This document shows, piece after piece, positions 48,503 to 57,103 of a stretch of 64,000 nt of DNA. Under the pieces are notes generated by a model. The model worked only from the letters and a program-made list of their open reading frames with translations, made no database searches and was not told the DNA's origin. The translations under genes and the position numbers were made by a program. Source of the DNA: a virus; IMG/VR virus record IMGVR_UViG_3300047552_000481, positions 1 through 64,000 of that record; one strand, 5' to 3'. The stretch's first letter is position 1. Each line of letters opens with the position of its first letter.

Positions 48503-49179
48503 AAGTAGCAATCATATATAACGGAAATGTAAGAACATTAGAACAAACGATAGATAACAATATCGAGAAATTTGAATTTTTGAATCCTGATTATTTTGCT
48601 TCAACATATCTCCACAAATATGGTTATCATCCTGCCGTCCAAACTTCAACAGGATTCTTTACAGATGAAGAATTAACAATAGAACAGGTATATGCCCAAT
48701 ATGAAAAATTAAATACGAAAGACATTTTAATTGATAGAATTCAGGACATGACAACATTTTATGAATCTGAACAACATAAGATCAACCCAAATATGAATCA
48801 TGTGTCATCATATCTTCAATATGTCAAACTTAAGACTGGTCTAAAGATGATTAAAAATTATGATGTCATTATTAAAACCAGATGTGATTTGTTATTAAAT
48901 AATATATCTCACATTAATTTCGATAATATTGATAACAAGTTAATTGTTGATAAGGGCAACATATTTCCTAATGATTGTATTTTCATGACATCTACTGAAA
49001 AGATGTATAAACTAGCCGATTTCATGGTTAATGAATTTTATAATTTAACAGATGTTGAAAGTTCAACTAATCCTCCACACGGTTTATTATGTTCTGCTTG
49101 TAGACATCTAAATTTAGAGATTGAACAACATCACATCATTGATTGTGTTATTCGAGCCAATACGAGGATATATCTATGA
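48499..49179 (+). CDS. Hypothetical glycan-pathway protein
   Basis: KVAIIYNGNVR, YDVIIKTRCD, PND. Confidence 0.55.
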   Translation: MKVAIIYNGNVRTLEQTIDNNIEKFEFLNPDYFASTYLHKYGYHPAVQTSTGFFTDEELTIEQVYAQYEKLNTKDILIDRIQDMTTFYESEQHKINPNMNHVSSYLQYVKLKTGLKMIKNYDVIIKTRCDLLLNNISHINFDNIDNKLIVDKGNIFPNDCIFMTSTEKMYKLADFMVNEFYNLTDVESSTNPPHGLLCSACRHLNLEIEQHHIIDCVIRANTRIYL

Positions 49180-49841
49180 AATATTACAGTCAATATGATC
49201 AAGATAAAATTGTGAATGAACATTTCTTCCATAATAATAAGAATGGAATCTTTGTTGATATTGGCGCACACGATGGTAAATTCTTAAGTAACACATATTT
49301 CTTTGAAAAATATCTAGATTGGACCGGAATTTGCGTAGAACCAAATCCAGAGGTATATCAAACACTCATTGAAAATAGAAAATCTAAATGTTATAATATT
49401 GGATTAAATGATGTCCCAGGAAAGGTTTTGTTTCAACAAAATTCTGGTTATACAGAAACATTAAGCGGTATTGTTAATCAATTTGAAGAAGAACATGTTC
49501 AGCGAATAGAAAATGAAAATCTAGAACACAATTTAATCCCAAATTACATAGAAATTGAATGCGATACTCTCAATAATATATTAGAATATTGTAATATAAA
49601 TACTATTGATTACATGAGTATAGATACAGAAGGCTCCGAATATAACATATTAAAGAACTTTGATTTTGACAAGTATCACGTAAACGTATTAGATGTTGAG
49701 ATAAATTACTTTATGTCCGAAAAGGCACAGAACATTTTTGAATTATTGAAAAACAGGTTTGGTCGTATTATACGGGTAAGACAAGATATCATTTTTATAA
49801 ACAACGATTTGAGATATTCATATGAAACTAATTGCACATAG
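49176..49841 (+). CDS. FkbM-family methyltransferase
   Basis: SQYDQD, FVDIGAHDG, VEPNP, SIDTEGSE. Confidence 0.9.
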   Translation: MKYYSQYDQDKIVNEHFFHNNKNGIFVDIGAHDGKFLSNTYFFEKYLDWTGICVEPNPEVYQTLIENRKSKCYNIGLNDVPGKVLFQQNSGYTETLSGIVNQFEEEHVQRIENENLEHNLIPNYIEIECDTLNNILEYCNINTIDYMSIDTEGSEYNILKNFDFDKYHVNVLDVEINYFMSEKAQNIFELLKNRFGRIIRVRQDIIFINNDLRYSYETNCT

Positions 49842-50280
49842 AGGAAATGTATCTGGAGCAAATCCAGAATTAGAGAATTCTCCACAACAAATTGATTATT
49901 GTATCATGAAAGGTTTTGATGTTGAAATTGACGTTTGGTATATAGATAGAAAGTTTTATCTTGGCCATGATACATATCAATATGAAGTATCACTTTCATA
50001 TTTAAGTGAAAGATCAAAATATCTATGGATGCATTGTAAGAATTTATTGGCGTTACGAGAGTTTCAACACACATGGTTTAATTATTTTTGGCACCAAAAA
50101 GATGATTACACATTAACTTCTCTGGGATATATCTGGACATATCCTGGGCTAAATTATTTTACTAATTCAAGACAAGTATTATTAGATTTTTCTGAAATGT
50201 CAGATAAAAAACTAGAATATTATGAAAGTCTTGGTGTTTATGGTTTATGTTCAGATTATGTAAATTATAAATACTTATAA
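49822..50280 (+). CDS. GDPD/PLC-like phosphodiesterase
   Basis: IAHRGN, EN, VEIDV, LGHD, HCKN, CSD. Confidence 0.8.
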   Translation: MKLIAHRGNVSGANPELENSPQQIDYCIMKGFDVEIDVWYIDRKFYLGHDTYQYEVSLSYLSERSKYLWMHCKNLLALREFQHTWFNYFWHQKDDYTLTSLGYIWTYPGLNYFTNSRQVLLDFSEMSDKKLEYYESLGVYGLCSDYVNYKYL

Positions 50281-50283
50281 ATA
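50266..50283 (+). promoter_or_regulatory. Tandem late promoters
   Basis: TATAAATA twice, 10 bp apart. Confidence 0.75.
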
Positions 50284-50300
50284 CTTAATTTACAACAAAC

Positions 50301-51056
50301 ATGTTAAATTCAATTTTTTTAGTAGGTGGGCCTGGGTCTGGTAAAAATATATTACTAGATACCATTAAAAAATATAATTTTAAAGAAATTACATTAGATA
50401 GTATCAATTCTAACTTAGATAAGTTAACTGAGAATTATATTATCAATTGTAATGCATATGCTTATGATAAAATTATAGAAACCAATAATATATTATTAGA
50501 TAATAACTATAACACATCAATGATTTTTGTTGATGTGAATGAGAATACAGTTAAAAACAGAACTTTCGGTAGATTGATATCTGAAGATATTTATCAGAAA
50601 AAATATATTCAATCTAAAGAAAACTTATATAAATTTTATGATTTGTTTGAGAATTTTATCAGATATGATAATAATAATGATTTATCTGAACAGGACTTTT
50701 CTGATGTAGAAAAATTTATTATTGAAGTATTATCATTAAGTAATATAAAAGCTTTTGTTAAGAAATTGAAAGCTAAAGGGGAAAACATTAGACCATCTAA
50801 AATTAATTATAGATCTTCAAATACTACTAGATCTAAATTAAATAAGACGGTTCAACCAGATGAAGATTTAATCAATAATGTTAAGCAAAGTATAAAAGTA
50901 TCAGAAAATGCTGAACCATCGGTTTCAAATGTATCTATGATTGGTGTAGAAGGCGGCGGATTTAAACAAGAAGAACCTATTCAATCTAAGAGTTATAGTT
51001 GTAAACCAACAAGAAAAACTTGGAAACGTGCCAAGAAAATCTTATTCAAAGGGTAA
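50301..51056 (+). CDS. P-loop kinase-like protein
   Basis: IFLVGGPGSGK; MIFVD..R. Confidence 0.6.
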   Translation: MLNSIFLVGGPGSGKNILLDTIKKYNFKEITLDSINSNLDKLTENYIINCNAYAYDKIIETNNILLDNNYNTSMIFVDVNENTVKNRTFGRLISEDIYQKKYIQSKENLYKFYDLFENFIRYDNNNDLSEQDFSDVEKFIIEVLSLSNIKAFVKKLKAKGENIRPSKINYRSSNTTRSKLNKTVQPDEDLINNVKQSIKVSENAEPSVSNVSMIGVEGGGFKQEEPIQSKSYSCKPTRKTWKRAKKILFKG

Positions 51057-51063
51057 TAAGAGA

Positions 51064-52029
51064 ATGCTAAAAGAAAAATTACTATCAATATATAATGAAT
51101 ATGGTGAAGAAGATGAATTATTAGAATATCGGATTACTCCACTCCGTAGATTTATACGTCTTATAGGAATGGACCCAGAAAAGATGTCTCAAAAGCAAAT
51201 TGACAAGATTTCATCTGGTTCCAGATATAAACAATGGTTATCAACCAAACGAATTCTTCATCGTGCCTCAGAATCTAATAAACACAATCCAAATCTAAAA
51301 GAAGATTTATTAGATGAAAATCGATTTGCTGGATGGACTGCCAAGAAATTTCATAGACATCTATTAGATAATGGATTTGAATTAGAAGGCGGCTCAAAAC
51401 ATTTTGGATACGTTCACAAGAAAACTGGACGTAAAATTAAACCAATTCCAAATCATAAGGGTGACATCCCACCAGGAACAGCCAAAGGAATATTAAATTC
51501 TATTGAAAACATTGTTAATGGAATTAATGAAGCAGATTCATATCAACCAAAAGATTATGAAATTGGAAAAGGTATTAAATCTCCATCTGGAGCATTTAAG
51601 ATTTATAAACGTAAATCGACCAGAGTAAATAAGAATACCACCAATTTACTTCCAACAGCAACATTAAAATCTGAATTAGTTAACAAAGGTTTTGATGTTC
51701 ATACAACAACAAATATTACTACAAAAGGATTGAAGAAAGGTTTTCGTGCAACACCCAAAGAAAAACTTAAAGCCACTAAAGGAAAAGAGCATTATCTGAT
51801 TCGTATGAAACAATCTGGAACAGCTTTCAAAGGTCAAACCGCACAAAGACTTAAATCATTATATCAAAAAGAAGATATTGAACATTTTACAGAAACAAAG
51901 GTTGAAAAACTGTTAAAAAAGAACAAACAGATTAAGAAAACCATGACTGGCAAACAATCTTCCGAAACGGATCTTATTCAAGTTAATCCAGAATTAACAA
52001 CGAATAAACCAGAAAACTCTAATGATTAG
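51064..52029 (+). CDS. Late protein with an internal HicA-like mRNase domain
   Basis: L..NGF....GSKH..Y.H...IPNH.GDIPPGT.KGIL. Confidence 0.7.
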   Translation: MLKEKLLSIYNEYGEEDELLEYRITPLRRFIRLIGMDPEKMSQKQIDKISSGSRYKQWLSTKRILHRASESNKHNPNLKEDLLDENRFAGWTAKKFHRHLLDNGFELEGGSKHFGYVHKKTGRKIKPIPNHKGDIPPGTAKGILNSIENIVNGINEADSYQPKDYEIGKGIKSPSGAFKIYKRKSTRVNKNTTNLLPTATLKSELVNKGFDVHTTTNITTKGLKKGFRATPKEKLKATKGKEHYLIRMKQSGTAFKGQTAQRLKSLYQKEDIEHFTETKVEKLLKKNKQIKKTMTGKQSSETDLIQVNPELTTNKPENSND

Positions 52030-52033
52030 GATT

Positions 52034-52041
52034 TATAAATA
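52034..52041 (+). promoter_or_regulatory. Late promoter
   Basis: TATAAATA. Confidence 0.75.
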
Positions 52042-52074
52042 GTAATATATCAACCACTTTTATAGGACACGACA

Positions 52075-52863
52075 ATGGCAACATGGGGCAGACGAGATTT
52101 CGCAAATAACAAACCAACATTTCCTGTAGAACGGGAAGTTCGAACCACAATTAAAATAGCAACCAACAGAGCAGCAAACGTTGCAACTTCTAACGTAACA
52201 ATATTTTTTGCTAATACCGCAAATTTAGTAGCAGGAATGTTTGTTTCTGGCAACAATGTTCCAACCACAGCAAATGCAGGATTCTTTAAGAGTAATGTAT
52301 CTATTGTAACTGTTAATTTATCAAATGTTGTTATTTCAAGAGCATTAACAGCTAATACTTCTGTTGGTGATGTTTTTACATTTGACACATTAATTCCATA
52401 TAAAGCTAATACTGTTGCAACATCTTACAATGCAAATACATATCTTGTAACTAAAACTCGTATTGCTAATACCCAAGGAATTGGAAATAAAGTTGCTACA
52501 GATGGTTGGGTTCATGTTGAACAAGGTAAAGGGCATATTGCCAATTTATCAGTATCAAATGTAGTATCAACATTAACCTATTCTAATGCTTATTTAGCAT
52601 TTTCAACCACAGGCGAAGTTGCGGCTAATGCTCAAATTAGGGTAAGTGGAACATCAAATGTTTCTATCCAAATCAATTATCAGGGTAGAGGATATGTTAA
52701 TATTCCAACGGTTTCTGCAACTGGCGCAAATAATGGTAACTTAATTTTCACTGTAACTCCTGGTGGACGTTTAGGTAGAACTCAATGTGAAACATTAGTA
52801 GCACTTTCTAATGCTGTAGCACTTTCTGCAACATCTGGTGGGCCATATTTCCCAGGATTATAA
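52075..52863 (+). CDS. Virion structural protein (beta-rich)
   Basis: MATWG start, GWV, GR...ETLVA; Asn/Thr/Ala-rich; late promoter. Confidence 0.65.
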   Translation: MATWGRRDFANNKPTFPVEREVRTTIKIATNRAANVATSNVTIFFANTANLVAGMFVSGNNVPTTANAGFFKSNVSIVTVNLSNVVISRALTANTSVGDVFTFDTLIPYKANTVATSYNANTYLVTKTRIANTQGIGNKVATDGWVHVEQGKGHIANLSVSNVVSTLTYSNAYLAFSTTGEVAANAQIRVSGTSNVSIQINYQGRGYVNIPTVSATGANNGNLIFTVTPGGRLGRTQCETLVALSNAVALSATSGGPYFPGL

Positions 52864-53243
52864 TGAAAACATATAAACAATTGTTATCTGAATTACATAA
52901 TATTCAACCTATTCATAATGATACTAATAAATCAGATACCATTTCAGAAATGAATAAGAACTTGCATCTTTCATTAGATGCAAGTTTCCAACACGTTTCA
53001 GAAGCCTTGATTAAAGTAAAGAAAACATTATCTATGTATGGTATTCAATTACCACAATTAGATATTAATGAAGGCTCAAGTGGTTCTACTAGTGTGGTTG
53101 TGTCTAAATTTGATTCGTCTGGGGAAAATCACAAAAATGTGACTGCCCCCGGAGAAGAAAAAGCAAATAAACTTAAATTTAGTTTTTCTTATAAACTAAC
53201 AGACGGACATTATAACTGTAGGGCATCTATTACTAAAGCATAA
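52863..53243 (+). CDS. Hypothetical head protein with capsid-targeting leader
   Basis: MKTYKQLLSE. Confidence 0.6.
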   Translation: MKTYKQLLSELHNIQPIHNDTNKSDTISEMNKNLHLSLDASFQHVSEALIKVKKTLSMYGIQLPQLDINEGSSGSTSVVVSKFDSSGENHKNVTAPGEEKANKLKFSFSYKLTDGHYNCRASITKA

Positions 53244-53629
53244 TGTTGAACAATTTAACCCATGAGAATTTTATTTTGTTTGCGGCAAATAACTATATTT
53301 CGCCCCATTATATCGAAAGTGAATTTTTTACTGACTTAAAGAAATTTAAGTATATTAAAAGATTGATAAATAAGTATAATACAACAGGTGATTTGAAATG
53401 TAGATTGCTACTGAACCATATTATTATGGTGTACAATGTCTTCAATACCGAAGCATGTACAAAAATGCTTTTTTTAAAGAATAATGAAATAGATTATGTT
53501 ATATTGAAAACATTTTTAGTATATTTGAATTATATGCCAGATCTTATAAAAGGTGTAAACGGGAAAGATATAATATCATCTGATATAGGTTTAGATTTCA
53601 ACGTAGTTAACATATTAAGAGAAATATGA
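53243..53629 (+). CDS. Conserved T4-like hypothetical protein
   Basis: NF.LFA..NY..P..EF..DLK.FKYIKRL..RLLLNHII..YNVF. Confidence 0.7.
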   Translation: MLNNLTHENFILFAANNYISPHYIESEFFTDLKKFKYIKRLINKYNTTGDLKCRLLLNHIIMVYNVFNTEACTKMLFLKNNEIDYVILKTFLVYLNYMPDLIKGVNGKDIISSDIGLDFNVVNILREI

Positions 53630-53793
53630 TATTCAAAGATTTTAGAAAAAAACTTAAAGAAGATTTTGCTGGAACCGGAGTTTCTGGTGTCGCTGGCATT
53701 GGTGTTCCTGTAAATGGGGATAAAGCCCAAGCCGAACCAGGAGGTAAAGCAGCAAAAATGACTTTATTAAAAAGAAAAAAGAGGATCAAATGA
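53626..53793 (+). CDS. Small protein with capsid-targeting-like leader (not in ORF track)
   Basis: MIFKDFRKKLKE DFAGTGVSGVAGIG..EPG; ATGA overlaps at both ends. Confidence 0.6.
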   Translation: MIFKDFRKKLKEDFAGTGVSGVAGIGVPVNGDKAQAEPGGKAAKMTLLKRKKRIK

Positions 53794-54206
53794 TTACGTT
53801 CAAAGATTTATTAGAACAGTTGCAACCACAGCAACAGAACCCTGCCAAAATTAAAGCCGCAGAATTATTTAGTAGAGTTTATGCTGCAATTAAAGCTGGG
53901 CATACCGCACATCTAATGGCACAAAGTTTTGCTCAACATGACGCATTAAATGATTTTTATACTGGTCTAGCACCAATCTTAGATAAAGTCATGGAAAATT
54001 TCATTGGTCGTATGGGTAGATTAGAATCTGCTCCACCAAATGTAAATGAAAAATCTTTAATGCCAATAGAAATTGTTGGTAACTTAACAGCTTGGTTAGA
54101 TAGTAATAGACAATTCCTTGGAGAATTTTCTGAAATTCAAAATTTAATTGATGAAATGTTATCACTTTGTAATTCAACGGCATATAAGTTACGCGAACTA
54201 AACTAA
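53790..54206 (+). CDS. Ferritin-like phage protein with capsid-targeting leader
   Basis: MITFKDLLE; H...SFAQH.AL..FY......D...E...G; NLIDE..YKL. Confidence 0.7.
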   Translation: MITFKDLLEQLQPQQQNPAKIKAAELFSRVYAAIKAGHTAHLMAQSFAQHDALNDFYTGLAPILDKVMENFIGRMGRLESAPPNVNEKSLMPIEIVGNLTAWLDSNRQFLGEFSEIQNLIDEMLSLCNSTAYKLRELN

Positions 54207-54874
54207 TGGATTTTCCATTATTTACTGCTAAAATAGAACCAATACAGATGAGTTATAGTTTCAATTTTACATTAGATAAGTTTAATAAGGTAATAGTTAA
54301 TAAGAATTCAAAGGAATGGTTTGATATTTTATATAATATTTTACCAAAATTTGAAATAAATACAAAAGAAAGAGTTGCTGGATTTCTTGCACAAACTAGT
54401 CATGAATCATCTGATTATAATACTGTTGTTGAAAATCTAAATTACTCGGCCATGGGATTGATGAAAACGTGGCCTAAAAGATTTCCAACACAAAAAATAG
54501 CAACACAATATGCAAGAAATCCCACAAAAATTGCAAATAAAGTTTATGCAGATAGGATGGGGAATGGACCAGAATCAACTGGTGATGGATGGAAATATCG
54601 GGGGAGAGGAATAATTCAATGTACTGGAAAATCGAATTATTCTTTAGCATCCAAAGAACTTTATAATGATAACAGATTAATTGATAATCCAGATTTAGTT
54701 TTAACAGATAAAACTATTTGTATTGAAGTTGCGTGTTGGTTTTGGAAACGAAATAATTTGAATCATATTGCAGATACTAAAGATATTGTTTTAATGACAA
54801 AACGAATTAATGGTGGAACTGTAGGATTACAAGATAGAACAAATAGGTATAATAAAGCATTAAAGGTATTATAA
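54206..54874 (+). CDS. GH19-family endolysin
   Basis: FLAQTSHES, ENLNYS, YRGRGIIQ.TG..NY, INGG. Confidence 0.92.
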   Translation: MDFPLFTAKIEPIQMSYSFNFTLDKFNKVIVNKNSKEWFDILYNILPKFEINTKERVAGFLAQTSHESSDYNTVVENLNYSAMGLMKTWPKRFPTQKIATQYARNPTKIANKVYADRMGNGPESTGDGWKYRGRGIIQCTGKSNYSLASKELYNDNRLIDNPDLVLTDKTICIEVACWFWKRNNLNHIADTKDIVLMTKRINGGTVGLQDRTNRYNKALKVL

Positions 54875-55158
54875 TGCAAGACACCAGAAAGGTAGTTCTG
54901 CCCAGAAGAATAATAAACGAAAAGATTATTTCGGTTTTTCATCAGTTTGGAAAATTTGTTTTAGTTTCAATTCAAGAATGTGACGATGCCGGAAATTTCT
55001 TAAACATCGCAAAGACAGTTGAAATTTCTGATGATTATTATAAAGAATTGTTGTCTAACTCACCAGAATGGGCCAAGGATAAACCAGAAGGAGATTTTAG
55101 AACAGAAGACCTTTGGGTTTTAGTCGATAAGATTAGAAATGAATCAGGAGAACGATAA
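54874..55158 (+). CDS. Hypothetical protein
   Basis: Coupled ORF in lysis region. Confidence 0.55.
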   Translation: MQDTRKVVLPRRIINEKIISVFHQFGKFVLVSIQECDDAGNFLNIAKTVEISDDYYKELLSNSPEWAKDKPEGDFRTEDLWVLVDKIRNESGER

Positions 55159-55415
55159 TGGAAGAACAGTTAGAACCAAAAAAAGCTCCACGAATACCTA
55201 GAATCCACAAGAAAAAGGAAAAAGAACCACATCTAATTCATGAAGCCAAAAAGGTTTTGTGTTCAAAAGTTATATGGGTTAACTTTCTAGCATTATTAGC
55301 ATTTGTTCTTCAGAAACATTATGGGTTCGTTATGAATGAAGAATTACAAATGCAAATATTAACCATCATCAATATCATATTAAGGTTTTGGACACATAAA
55401 CCTATCAAATGGTAA
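55158..55415 (+). CDS. Putative holin
   Basis: SK..WVN, two TM segments, NIILRF.T..PI. Confidence 0.65.
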   Translation: MEEQLEPKKAPRIPRIHKKKEKEPHLIHEAKKVLCSKVIWVNFLALLAFVLQKHYGFVMNEELQMQILTIINIILRFWTHKPIKW

Positions 55416-55828
55416 ACCTTATATTATCTTGGATACCACAGCAGTACATTTACATTGCTGTGGTATTTTTTGTTCTTTTATTGATAACAATATTTTATGT
55501 GTTGTCCAGATTGATTAGACCATACATTTTATTATGTACATTCATTACTGTTGGAACAATACTCTTTGCCAATTATAAAATAACCAAATTGGTTAATGAA
55601 TGCCAATATAATATAAAAACTGTAACAGAGCAATTACTTCAATTAGAAAATAAATCTACAGAAGTCACAGAAAGAATTGTTGTAAAGTATAAGGATAGAA
55701 TCAAATATATACAACAGAAACAAAAGGAAATTAAAGCTGATATTAAACAAAACATAACCGAAAAAGAGGATAATGAGTGCAAGATTCCAGAGTCGTTTAT
55801 AGAGTTACATAATAGGGGGGCGAAATGA
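55409..55828 (+). CDS. Putative inner-membrane spanin (Rz-like)
   Basis: N-terminal TM segments, coiled coil, C.IPESFIELHN. Confidence 0.65.
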   Translation: MVNLILSWIPQQYIYIAVVFFVLLLITIFYVLSRLIRPYILLCTFITVGTILFANYKITKLVNECQYNIKTVTEQLLQLENKSTEVTERIVVKYKDRIKYIQQKQKEIKADIKQNITEKEDNECKIPESFIELHNRGAK

Positions 55829-56865
55829 AAGTTAAGGTACTATTTATTTTAAAGAAAAGGGTTCCAAATCTGGAAGACCCAAATGCATGGAATTACATAT
55901 ATTCCAATTGCCAATCAAGTGGGTTATACAATTCGGTTTCATTCATTAAACAAATGTTATTAGATTGTAATATTGATTGTGAAATGGTAGAAGCCATTGA
56001 TAATAATGAAATTAATAGATTTGTTACATTATATAAACCTAATCTTGTAGTAATTGAAGCACTTTGGGTAGTTCCTAGTAAATTTGAAGTTTTAAAGAAA
56101 TTGCACCCAAATGTAACTTGGATGATTAGATTACATTCTGAAATCCCATTTTTAGCATTAGAAGGTATTGCGTTAGAATGGTTAAAAGAATACGATAGAA
56201 AAGGTGTATTGGTATCTTCTAATAGTGAACGAGTTGTTGAAGCACTCAAAAACGTATTAAATAACCCAGTATTATACGCACCAAACTTTTATCATATCAA
56301 ATCAGTTGATACTGTAAAATTACCACCTATTAAAAAGGAATTAAACGTTTCTTGTTTTGGATCAATTCGACCACTAAAGAATCATTTATCACAAGCCATT
56401 GCTGCTATCAAAGTTGCTAATTATAATAAACAAAAACTTAATTTTCACATAAATGCAACTAGAAAAGAGCAACAAGGTCAGAATGTATATAAAAATCTAA
56501 AAGCACTATTTACTGATACAAAACATGAGTTAATTGAAGTTGAGTGGTTATGCCACGACCAATTTTTAAATTATATAAAAGAAAACATTGATATCGGTAT
56601 GCAAGTTTCATTTACAGAAACATTTTGTATTGTTGCAGCAGATCATATTACTTGTAATGTTCCAATATTAACAAGTCCTGAAGTTAAATTTGTAACGTCT
56701 TTTTATCATGCCGATCCAACTGATATTGATGATATCGCATCAAAACTAAACAGAATCAATTGTTTTAATTTCTTTGGAAAGATTTTAAATAAAGAAAGGC
56801 TGATCATAAATAACAATATGGTAAGAAAGGTCTGGGTAAAATTATTACGAAGCCTAGATGTATAA
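55825..56865 (+). CDS. GT-B fold glycosyltransferase-like protein
   Basis: SSGL, RLHSE, FGSIRPLKN, VSFTETFCIVAAD. Confidence 0.7.
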   Translation: MKVKVLFILKKRVPNLEDPNAWNYIYSNCQSSGLYNSVSFIKQMLLDCNIDCEMVEAIDNNEINRFVTLYKPNLVVIEALWVVPSKFEVLKKLHPNVTWMIRLHSEIPFLALEGIALEWLKEYDRKGVLVSSNSERVVEALKNVLNNPVLYAPNFYHIKSVDTVKLPPIKKELNVSCFGSIRPLKNHLSQAIAAIKVANYNKQKLNFHINATRKEQQGQNVYKNLKALFTDTKHELIEVEWLCHDQFLNYIKENIDIGMQVSFTETFCIVAADHITCNVPILTSPEVKFVTSFYHADPTDIDDIASKLNRINCFNFFGKILNKERLIINNNMVRKVWVKLLRSLDV

Positions 56866-57103
56866 ATTTTTAATTCTGTTATTGTTAACGGCTTGTACAA
56901 ATACTAAAGTTGTTAATATCATTCCAGAACCACCTAAAGAATTGATGGTTCCACCAGAATCATTGCAGTTAATTGGTAATGAGAGGAAGTTGTCTGAAAT
57001 CACATATGTAATTATAAATAACTATATGACTTATCATAAAGAGTCAGAAAAATTACAAAAACTACAAGAATGGATTAAAGAACAGAAAAATGTTAAGTTT
57101 TAG
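56858..57103 (+). CDS. Putative outer-membrane spanin lipoprotein (Rz1-like)
   Basis: Lipobox LTAC, PEPP.ELM.PP, NY..Y, LQEWI. Confidence 0.75.
   Translation: MYKFLILLLLTACTNTKVVNIIPEPPKELMVPPESLQLIGNERKLSEITYVIINNYMTYHKESEKLQKLQEWIKEQKNVKF

Noticed and set aside
39200-50280. T4-style glucosyl-hmC DNA modification locus
   Set aside because: No dCMP hydroxymethylase or T4 alpha/beta-glucosyltransferase recognisable here; enzyme types are those of surface glycans
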